Assembly: GCA_030141605.1 (NCBI GenBank)
Contig: JAQGDQ010000229.1
Span: 186,001 to 250,000, forward strand
DNA: 64,000 bases
From: Tubiluchus corallicola
Taxonomy: Eukaryota; Animalia; Priapulida
Direction: 5' to 3'
The notes under the pieces are model-generated. The model saw only the letters and a program-made list of their open reading frames with translations. It was not told the origin of the DNA and searched no databases. This document shows, one piece after another, positions 32,701-44,700 of this stretch. Position numbers and translations under genes: made by a program. The number at the start of each line of letters is the position of its first letter. Positions within the stretch are counted from its first letter, which is position 1.

Positions 32701-35700
32701 TCTTTCTTTTAGTCCATTCCATTGCCCAGCATCATAAAAATGATTAATAAGCAGCTCTAATTGGTTGGATAAATACTTTTGGAGTTGGAAAAAGTGATGG
32801 GCAGAGTGAGTGCAGGAATGAGCCAGATTTTTTTCTAGATCTAAGTTGGCCATCATGAATTATCGCAATTTTTTGTGCAGTAACTTTAGTATTGTCACTC
32901 CTATAATAGTAGTTACTATGTATTACTGTTACGACAGCTGTTGATACAACTAACAACATGTTTCATTGCTCAAGACAAATACGTCCCATCTCGCTTTTTT
33001 ATACACTTTGGTACAGCTCAACCCAAAATACTTAATTCAGTGGCAAGGCCTTGCCTAACGCAATGTTCGTAGCAGGGCCTGACATTATCAAGGAAATCCC
33101 TCTAAGCTGAACCAATGAAAAGGCAGAGATGTCTCAGCCAGTTTTAGGCTCAAGATGGTAAACAGCCCAGGATCAGTATGGCGAAGGAAACCACCCAGAG
33201 TGACCATTGAACTTAGGTGGTCATGAGCTATTTATGCACAGCATGTAACTATGTACTTTTGACTAGACTCTTTTGGCTGGACTTGACCCTTAGTGGTTTA
33301 GGCAGCTCAGCTGCTAAAGGAAAAAACTATGCTTTCTTACTTGTCAACTCCAAGTGTACAAGTTGTACATATCCACTAACATCTTCATTTAGCTTTGGCA
33401 TTGTCATAATTTGTATAACCGTTCCAGTGATGATGATTTTTTTTTAGCAGCCGAATGTTGGTGAAATCAAAGTCTCCCGTTTTTAAACTTGTGCAGTTTA
33501 TGATCTTGATTGTCACCAAACTTGTCAGTTTGTTAAATGCCATAGAATCAACGGAGGACAGCTGTTCCAAGTCTTGCAATTTTAGTTCTTGATTAACACT
33601 CGAATCAGCAAATGTGTTAATACTAATTGTCTGCAGTTTGGAAGATTGCGCAATTATAAGAATGCCTACAAGTTTATCAATTAAAAAAAGGTCAGGCAGT
33701 TCCGTGTCATCATACTCTATGATGGTGAGACTGTGGACACCTGCCTGTGGCAGTATTTGTGACAGTTCTGTGGCATCTTTTTTTATGTTTCACGTCTTTG
33801 CATTCAAGTAAGCATTTTCCATATTTGCCTAGGTAAGAAGTACAATTGCAAAGAATGCGTCCTTCTCTTTCGAAATCTGCTCTAATGTAATCACAATTAC
33901 AATTTGCATTACATTTCAAAACTAGCAAAAAGAGACAAATTCCAATTAAGAACAGCCCAGGCATGATTGGCTTCAAGGTGTGACATGTTGACCTTGATAC
34001 AGGTAGGTCAGTGCTAACTAGAACTGCACTACATGGAGTTACTAGTCGCTGCAGGTATTTTGCCTTTACACATCTACTGAATGTTACCATGCACTTATGT
34101 AATCAATAGATGACTCATGAATTGTTGATGAAAAATCAGTTGCATGAATTAGTGACATTCACCATAAACAGAGATAACTAATATTTAAAGAGTTTTTGTT
34201 ATGAAGCCAAGAACACTCAGGAAAGAAATAGGTAAGAGCATTGGTAAGAGTTCAAGACTGGACCAAGTTAAAATGACTTATTTTTTGGTTACTAGCTTGC
34301 GATGTAACCCATAAAGTATTTCATCATGATTTGTCGTCATTCTCATTGTTCATGTTTTAGTATGTCTTGATGTGACCTGACACGAAACACTGTTGAATGA
34401 TTTAGAGAAACCAATGGAATATCATCGCCAGAATTGCGTACTCTTCCAATGAACTTCCATTGATCCCATATTATTTCTTTGGATTGATTCTTGCGAATTT
34501 GGGGTAAAAGAGTTTGGCCGTGATCATATGCATTATACATATTTTTCTCAGTAGTTGGAATAATGTCTTTCTTTGTTGCCATTTTCTCAATTAATTTGTT
34601 CTGTAGTTTAATCAATCCACTGTGAAATTCAGTGCTTTTCATGATAAAGGGAACTTTTCACTTGTTGGCCGTAATCATAATCTATTATACATGTATTTCT
34701 CAATTGTAGGAATGCTTTTTTGTCTCCATTTTTTCAATTAGTTTGCTCAATGGTTAATGTGGCTACCAATTCACCTTGAAATTCAGTGTTTTTCTTGTTA
34801 AAGGGAACTGTTCACTTATTTTATGGCAATTAATCAACAGACAGCCTATTTTTATACAGTCTGACACACTTCAAGTTAACATTTCTCTCTTAATGGCAGG
34901 GCATGCTTATAAGCTGATAATTGCCCGTAATAATTAAGGCTAATTGGCTAAGATGCGGCACTCACTTAGCCAAGTTCTAGCCATATTTGGAAGTACATGC
35001 ATCATCTCTAAATAACTAAACAACTGGGACCAGTAAGAGAGATAAACAGACTCAGAAACAGTTATACTGGTGGTTACTCAACCATTTTGCTGACATCTCT
35101 CAGTGTTATCCAACTTTAGCCGCAAACCACACACCGTGACCACTTAAAACATACGCTATGACTACTGAAGCAGATGCCTTGACAGCCGAAATTGTAACAA
35201 AGATTGTCAAAAGAATAGTTAGCTTGTATGATTTTTTACATTCTTTCAAAATTGTATAACAAAGGCAAAAATGCAAAATTTATTGCACACAGTGGATTTC
35301 TTCTTGTTCTTAATCTATTGGCAGCTGAAAGATTAACACCTGAACAAGTTCCAAAATCTTTTAAGGTAATCTCGTTCTCATTGTGTCGTCTTAGGGGTTT
35401 GAAACAGTCAATAACGGACAGCTTCCATGGCTCCTGTTTTGTCCAAGTTACATCACAGCCACATACCAATTTGTTATCTGCAAAGTAAACTCAAACAGTG
35501 AGTAATGGTTTGTTGATTAGTTTTGTCTTGGTGGTTATAGACAAACCAGACTCAACTAGTCAAAAAACCAAATTAATTAACTTTCCTACTTAAATAGATT
35601 CATCTCATCATTAAAACTAGAATACAAAGACAAAAATTCCAAAATTCTGTTTGTGTACGTATAGATATGTGTGTGTGTGTGTGTGTGTGTGTGCGTGCGC

Positions 35701-38700
35701 TCGCGCACGTGTGTGAGGGTATATATATATATATATATATATGTGACTGTTGTGACAGTTTTCGCGTTTATATTCAGAATAGAAGATTGAAATAAAGTAA
35801 ATTTAATTGAATTCACTTGAATTTTACTTTTCTTTGTAGCAGATTTGCACAACCCTTTTTCTGTTTTCGAACACTAATTTTCTGTGATGCACTGAGTCAG
35901 AGTGAAATTTTGAAGCACAGCTGGTTTAATTGCTATTCTAGCACTTTAAGGCATACTGAAATAATTAAGCGGATTCAGGAGGTGACTTATTGATGAATAA
36001 CTCCATATTTCAACCACCTAATGGCAGCCATTCTCAAGAATACACACAAGTTTAAACCTAATTAGAATAAATTATGTGAAGCAATACATAAGCAAATTTA
36101 TCATAAAACAAAAGAGAATTTTGATTAAAAATCTTGCTTTTAACTGTTTTGCAGTAATTATTAGATTTGCAACATTTAGACCACAAACTCTGTCCATTTT
36201 CAAGCAATTAAATATTGTAGCCTAAACACTGCAAAGTTAATATTTACTGTAAAACAGAACAGGCCACATTAACTAGAGCAAACTCACTATCCCATGTAAA
36301 TGACAAATTTTTGGAGAACCTCAATAATTTATCTATTGGTTCATGTAATCTAATCAATTTGGATTTAAACTTAGATTTCAAAATGGCTATCATTAAGTGG
36401 TCAAAATATTGAGTTATTTGTTAATAAATCGTCTCATGAACGTGTGCCAGTGTACATCCCATGAAAGTTTGGGATGTGTGTCGACATAATTTTAATTTTT
36501 TTCTTTGATGCACGGTATATATTGCCGTTTACTTGGTATACTAACACCTCGAAACATTCTGAAATAGTTAAATTGGTTCAGAAGGTAATTTATTGACAGA
36601 CAACTTAATATTTTGACAGTCTAATAACTGCCATTTTCAAGAGTATATGAAATAGGAGATAAAACAGAACAGATAATAAGCCTTCTCACAGTTCCAGCGA
36701 TTGATGATGGTCGTGAATAGGCCAACGGTTAAGTGTACCAGACAACACATTTTGTACACTTGACAACCCATGCTATTGTAATAGTAACAGTTTTAACAGC
36801 TACCTAGAAGCATTTCTAGTTCATTTTTCTTGTTCCCAAGCAAGATCCTTCTAGTAAATCACTCTGTGCATAGACTAATGCACAATTAAGTAAAGTCCAC
36901 GTAAAACAACTGAAGTTACTGAACTGACATAGCTTGCCACTTGTCATGTGACGGTTGTTATTGAGACGCATTGCTGTGGTATGCTTAACCTTTGACCTAC
37001 AGCAACTGCGCACGTGCACAACGAAACGGTGAAAACACTTATTACAGCAAATGGAACACAATGTGCACTGATGATGACAAATTTTTGGGGGACTTAGAAA
37101 CTCACACATTGTTTGTATAATGGCGCATTCAGCTTAGCAAATTTCCTCCCCAAGCAACTTGCAAGTGTGTTCAACTAGAAGTTAGTTAGAAGGTATGAGT
37201 TGCTACCAATTACTCTTCGACAGTAAGCGCATGTTGGCACAACCTTCTCTGTTCGCTGCAAGAAGTTTTGAGAGTAATTTGTAGCAACTGTCTGAGAGTT
37301 TGCAATAACTTGCCAACACTGACTGACAAAGGAGTTCATACTTGCGAGTTTGCTATCTGAAAAAAAAACTTGTGACAGAAAACTCACTAGTTTGAACGTG
37401 CCGTAACTTCCAGTTAAAAGTATGAATAGCACAAATTGTGTTTATGGTAGCCCATGAATTTTTTGCTATAAAAACGTGCAACACTATCCCCAAAAGCTTA
37501 ACAAACTAGTCCCTTATACAGCGTGCATTCATTAAAAAATACCTTTCAAGATCAGGTTAACATCTTCGACTGATGTACTACCCAATTTTGGCATTCTCAT
37601 AGTCTCTATAGCTGTTCCAGTAATCTGAATTTTTTCGAGAAATAAAGTGTTTGAGAAATCGAGATTTACTGTTTTTAACTTTGGACAATTGTTTATCTTA
37701 AAATTTCGCAAATTTTCCATTCCAGTGGTTCCGTTAATTTTGACATCCGTTAGAGCAAATAAGCTGTGAAATAGAATCTCTTTTTTAACATCAGCTGCAA
37801 TTGTTCCTGTCTTTATATGCTGCAGTGTATCCGATCGCACAATTTCCAGGAATTCTACAGTTTTTCCTGCTAAAAATTTATCTGGCAGTTCTTTGTCTCC
37901 ATAGGAAACAATGCCTAACCGGGTGACTCCTTTACTTGGCATCTTTTTTTGCAGTTCTATAGCATCAGTGATTGTAATCACTCCCATGCATTTAAGTTGG
38001 CACTGTCCACCTTTTGATTGAGCAGAGCATTGGCAGAGAGCACTTGCTTCTTCCCAGCTATTGCAAGCACAGTTTGCCTCACATCCTGTAACTAACAGAT
38101 GGAGACAAATTCCAATTACTGTTTGGCATGCCCTAGGAAAATTCAGCATTCTGCCTTGTCCTCTGACACATACAGGGCATTGCTGCCCATCTTCCTAATC
38201 CATAGTGCTTTGATGATTGAAGCAACTGCAGAGTGGTTGCTATGCGTTACCATAGGATTTAATGTTTTGATGTATTTCATTATGATGTTGTTAGATAGTC
38301 ACTAATCAGTGCTCCATTGACCAGAATGTAAAAGAAAATCCAAAGTTGTTCTACAAGTGTGCCAGGAGTAAATTGTCAGTGGAAACCACGGTCCATGATC
38401 TAAAAACGGAAGATCACACTTTAACAGAAAATAATTAAGAAAAGGCGAAACTAATTAGAGGATTTAATAGTGCTTCTATCAATAGCATCTGTCAAGTAAC
38501 AAAATAACACTTTTTCCCAATAGACACATCCTGTGTCTTTAAGCTACTCGCTAGTAAAGTAACTCTAGAAGCCTGTGTTTTTCGCTGTGGTGACGGTCTT
38601 GTATTCATTCTAGTTCTCGTTCATGTGATACCGAACTCTGCTATTTTACTCTTTGGAGCCAAACAATGTGTATTCTAAATTTGCGTAAACGTCGTATCTG

Positions 38701-41700
38701 TTAACAGTTAGGTTATTACCATATTTCAGGAGCAGTAAGGAAAGACTATGTAGAATGTTTGCACATTACTACGATCATTTTGGGAACAGAAAGCAAACAC
38801 TTTATAGAATGCTCACGTACTATTCATCAGTGTGCAGACTCATTGGCATTTGGCATTTTATGCAGTTTAACGTTGTGCAAATGTTTTTTTTGTTGCTGTT
38901 ATTTTAGGGAGTGCTGTGAGTTGTTTTTTTTAAATCTATGACACCACAATAGAGCACTATTGTAGAAAAGATGTTGAATGATCTAAAGGAGAAAACACCA
39001 GCTTATATGTATCATGCCATTCTTCTGGGAAATAAACTCAGACATTAGTTAATTTTGTGTAGTAAGTCATTAATGGTAACACTGTGTTATTTGCAGGTAC
39101 GCTTGGCTTTGCTACATGATTGTAGCTATGTACACAAAGCTGTTGAGAAATTGCTCTATATTCTCTCAAGCGGGAATAATAGCTTTTCAATTGTCAAGCT
39201 TCTGTAATGCTTTGTGTCTCTAGTATTTAAATATTAATTTCGTCTGTTAGCTAATGACATAACTTGTAAAATAAATTCACGCTAAAGGGGCGCCGTTCTG
39301 CATGTTCTAGTTATTTCTTTGCGCAATTAGTTACGTGCTTTAGTAAAGGTATAGTAACTGTTATTCTTTTAACCTGTGTGCTTAATTTGATGTTTGATTG
39401 GAAACCTCACGCCACACATGATGACTTAATTTAAAATTGATCTTTTTCGTACGGCTGAAAGTAATAAGGAAGTTTCGTTCGTATCTGCACTTTTCGGTTT
39501 GCTTTATTCATGAGATTTCAATGCCTTGAAATGTAGTTTTTGCTGTTCATTATCTGTTATTTACATTTTGACTTTTAGAAACTCTGTATCTATTTTAAAA
39601 AAGGGAAGAAGTTGTTCATAAAAAAGGAAACTGGCTTTAAAAAACAGATTTTTGGAAGTAAAAAGTTTTTCTGAATTGCGTTTGTGACATTTTCTTTATG
39701 TGATGCCTAGGCTTTTTGTTGCACAGGTTAGTGAGGTTAACATAACATCATTGTTTAGCCTTTTTAACCTAGTTTTGATATATACAAGGTTTTAACGAAG
39801 GTTTGCGGTTGGCATATTACTCAAGTTGAAATATTCATGTATTCATTGATTTCATTCTTTACTGGCGATGCGTGGAATAATGGCACAGTTTCAAGGCTTG
39901 TGTGACTCGCACCAGTAAAACTTTATACTATCCACCTTTGCGCAACTAAATGCTAACACGATTTTGAACAAAATGTGTTGGATTTTCGTTGAAACTACAG
40001 TATGCTGAAATGCTCAATATCTACTGTGGTTTGTAAGCTGCAGATTTTTTTTGGAAAGATATACGGTGTACCTTATATATGCAGCGATTGAAAGTTCCGT
40101 TTCTATTGTTTACAGTTTGCAATACAAAAAGTTCGTTTTGTTTGTGTGGAGTTGTTTACATTAATGTGTACGGGGAGCAGCAAATCGCAGCAAATAATAA
40201 TGTGGCGTGTATGAAGCAGTGTATGAAATCATATTGCGTTTGTACATTTGTACCTGAAGACAGTATATAGAGAGTATATATATTAATCACATGTAATACA
40301 GCATTTTCACGCATCTCTCCGGTTAGTTAGCAGTCCTGAATTTTTCCCTGTGCTTATATTTGATTAAGATCTTCATGAACGTTGACGTAACGGTACTGTA
40401 GTTACTACTAATCAGTATGATTGTGTCTGATAGAATGATAATCGAATCAAGTTCTCCCCGTCATCCAGTAACTTTTTGTTCGTCATCTGCGTCACTTACA
40501 CTTTCACAAAGTTTCAAAACAAACAGTGAAAACAGTGACGCAATTGCAATGTTGATTCAGATGTCTGATGGGTATCGTATATCTATGTGTTTGTTTAGCT
40601 GTAACTAGCACATCAACAAGAACTGTGACGTTTGTAGTTTCCCCTGTGGGGTGGTGGTATTAGATCATACTTCTGCGAATTTATGCTAGCACTGAAGATT
40701 GGCTTCCTGTGTGACGTCATTAAAAGAGGAAATGGAATCGGGATCAGATTTGGATGCGGATTTTTTAATGAGTTTTTCCTGTAAGACACTCGATGTGCGC
40801 TTCGATCACCTGGATGATGATGGTGACATTGGTTTGTGTCTTTTGCTGTTCTTCCCAGAATCTTAGTTTTAACGATCTGCACTTTGCATTCACTGTTTCT
40901 GATCAATGAGTTTCTCAGCCATGTGTTTTTCTTAAAAATGTTTTAGTAATAATGTGGATGGGATTTTTTCATTGCATCACATAATAAATTTATATGTCGT
41001 TACATTGCAATGCAATGGTCAATGAATAAGTTATTGACATTACTTAATGTTGAAAGTTAGTAATCATTCTCTGTGTATTCGACTTCTGCAGCAATAGTTT
41101 CAGAGCTTTTTACAACTATTCTATATGTCCTAAGATTCTAAAATAATATCAATAATTATCTTCTCATTTACGTGACATGTTTGTAAAAAAGTATCTGAGC
41201 AACTAAGTCACTTTTGGGTTTCCCTTACAGTAATTTAAGTAGCATATGTGACATCATGAGTGTTAACGTTGACATTGTACATTGTACCAGTAAAAAGATG
41301 TAAATTTGTTGCTTCTTAAGCAACCGACACACATTCAATTTTTAGTTGGACCAATTCTTCTATTTAATTCAAAATTAGTCTGGATGCTAACAACTATTTT
41401 ATCAAATTGGCATTCGTTTGTTTGCAGCTTTGACTATTAGTATTAAGTGACGTTAAGCATTTGTTGTTAACGATTGAAACTTATTATGAATATGAACTGA
41501 AAGTTTTGTACCTTTATAACTTCACTAACAGAGATTTTTCCAATCTAAAATTGATTTTTCAAAAGTTGTATGGTAGAAACACATACTCAACTTCAATCTT
41601 TGTTAAAATTGTTTTAGTGCCTACACGCTTAGATTTGTTTTCTGTTGTTAATTAAAATTTGTTTATTTATAGGATCTACAGTATCATCAACACTAGAGAG

Positions 41701-44700
41701 GGACTCCCGACATCATAGTCTTTTAGAAGGTACATCAATTTGTTATGTAATTAATTAATAGTGCCTTGTGTATTGATTTAAATGGTCAGTTATGATACTG
41801 AGTAATTCATTCATGTGCATTCATTTTAACATATACCATTTTAACTGCTATTTAGCGAGTCCGATTTTGTTTAGTAATGCTTGGTACAGCTTGTGGCTCC
41901 TCATTGGTAGGTAATACTAGCATCTTACACATTTAATGAATTTTCTGCTAAGCCTAGGCCAAAGACCAGTAGTATATTGGCCCTTTTAGTACCTTGGAAA
42001 ATGTCCACTGCATTCATATGTTTGCTTCTTTACTTGGAAGTGGTGCTGACAAGCCACTGTCATAGCAGTGTCTAGTTTTTTGCTGGATTCTGCTATGTTT
42101 ACCTGTCTTGAGCACAGATTTCTTTTATTTTAGAATTTTGTCTGCCCAATGACCCTTTTTCTCATAGAATTATCCTTATTTGACTTGATAAAATTAGAAT
42201 TGCTTTTTACTTTGTGTCTTTTAAAATAGCTATCTCCCTATCTAGTGGGTTTTGGTGCAAATTCCACTAAACATTCGTACATATTTTCCACATTAGACTA
42301 CCAGACCAACTGAACTAGCATTTATCTTAAAAGCACTTCACCAATTAACTTCGACCTTAATAACAAATAATGGTACTTTTCCTAACTGTAACGTTTTTCA
42401 GCTGAGAGACCGCCTGTTGTGGAAGGTCACAGGGACCCTATTCGACAGCACTTTATTCAATTCAAGGTATGAAATGTAAAGTATTTCCATTCAGCGGTTG
42501 TACATTTTACAGGGAAATTATCATGTTATGAAAGCATTAAATTTGATAACTATTTCATAATCACCTGCCAAAATTTTGTTGGTTTATTGGACTTTGGCAT
42601 ATAAATATGTACGATTGTGTCGCACTGATGCAAACAATTTTCTGCCATTGCTTGGAAAAAAATTACTTGTTATTGACGCTGCACATCTGATATTTGCATA
42701 CGAGCTGAATTATAGTCGGAAGTGGTGCTGACAAGCAACTGGCATAGTAGTGTCTATCTTTTTACTGGATTGTTACTGCATTTACTTGTCTTGAGGGCAG
42801 AATTGTTTTATTTTAGAGTTCTGCCTACCCAATGTTTACAATACACGTAATGGACATATGATGCTGATGAATTATAGAATTTCGTGAATGTTTTTTCCAA
42901 GTGGAGCATTTACTATAACTTTGTTCACAAATTCAGGACTGTTGCAAACACCAAGTTTTTCAAGTTTTTTTTCTTGAAATGAAAGATAGTTAATTTAATA
43001 GTCAACAGTTTTTTAATATAAATTTTCCTGCAAATTTTCATTTCAATTACATTTCAGTACAAATTGATTCGAATTCAAATATTAAATTTTGATTCAGTCT
43101 GAATTCGAAAATGTTAGATTCTACTCATTCATCTTTTAACAACAGCTTTACAGCCTTACTTGTTACGCTTGAATGTGATAATTGCTCTAAAGCAGAAATG
43201 ACATAATTTTAGTTAGGATAGTGAACATTTGCCACAGGAAATACTACGATGTAATTTACATCCTTCCATTCAAAAGGTAACCTTCTCTTGCAGAATAGGT
43301 ATTATTATAGAATGTAGATGTCAATAAACTTTCTAAAGTGAGAACTACCTGAACTGGTGTTATATACTTTAAATTTAGTGCGGTTATGATATGCAAGAGG
43401 AGGTATGGACAAATAGAACCTGAATTTATTTCATTCAGGACTGTAATTTGTTATAGTCTAGATTTTTAGTCTATGAAGTTTGGTTGCAAAAATTCATTTT
43501 ATCATGAATAATAGCAAAACTACTAAAGGCAAAATGCTGCAGTCGTAGGAAAATACAAATACTGGATAGATTGCTTTATCTCAATGCTTTAGTGTGATAA
43601 AAATGGTCATTTGAACAGCATAATTATTTTATTGCCTAGAGATATTAGAAAATGACAGATTTTTTTAAATGACAAACTTGTCTTTGCAGTCTAGAGTGGC
43701 ATTTATCTAGCATCAGGGATGCGTATGCATTATGCGGCTGCGGATTAGATAAAATTGGTTTATATTGCTTTCAATCCTGCGCATAATAGTTTATCAGACC
43801 TGCGTTATGTGTTATTTTTTCTGCAGCTATTTTCCATTGATTTTTTATTCCGCAGGTGGATAACACATAACGCATTCCGTATGTCTGGTAAACGCCACTT
43901 AAGAATTGTAATGAACTATAAATTTGTTTATTTGAAGATACATTGATTTTTTTCCCTGTGTTTTTTTTTGGCATGTAGACTAGTAATTTGCGAATTGACT
44001 TGAAATTTGAATTTATGGTTTTTGCGTTTGATGTACCACAATGTGCTATAATAACACTTTGTTACTCACCATTTATGTTTCTACTGACTGTTTTTAGAGT
44101 CGTATGGAAGTAGCAGACAATCAGCCGTCATCCGCACTTGATGACGACGGTCTTGATTATCCATTACCACCTCCACCTCCGCCATTATCTGACAATCATG
44201 TGCGCGAGTTTTCAAACTTGTCATCTCGTGGATTGGGGAGCAATGGCGTTAACTATTCGTTGCTTCCACCGCCTCCATCTTCTGAAGCATTGTATCAGTC
44301 TGGTTTACCAAATTCACTAAGTGATGTGATGTTGTCTGCAAATTTGCGCAACTGTGTCTCGGACGACCGAAATCGTGATTACGACAGATTAAAAGAACAG
44401 TGTGATAAAGCCATGCGGGAACTGGTTCAACTGCAGAAGTCAAACCAGAGGGCGCTGCGTAAGCTGGACCAATCAAACAATGAGATGAAGTCGATGAAAG
44501 CTCACAGCGATGTAGTAAAGCAGAGATTAGAGCAGGAGATTAAAGATCTACGGTGCCAGCACGAGTCCGATCGGCAAGAGATCGCAGAACTGCGCAAACA
44601 GCAACGGGAAACGATGAGCGAGACAAGCGGTAGTGAGATGAAGTTGTACGACACGGCAGTAGAGCAGTACGAGTCACTACGTAAAGACTATGACAGTTTG

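Noticed and set aside
34343-34642. 99-aa minus-strand ORF between the LRR genes
   Set aside because: Overlaps a local tandem duplication; no recognisable domain or splice support.
36816-37432. Cys-rich minus-strand ORFs in the LRR-B intron as extra or cassette exons
   Set aside because: No LRR pattern, partly inside a Harbinger-like MITE, and exon 1 already joins exon 2 in frame as in paralogue A.
40814-40904. Second C/D-like pattern (ATGATGA..CTGA)
   Set aside because: The C box is better explained as Asp codons of the candidate alternative exon; no recognisable guide.
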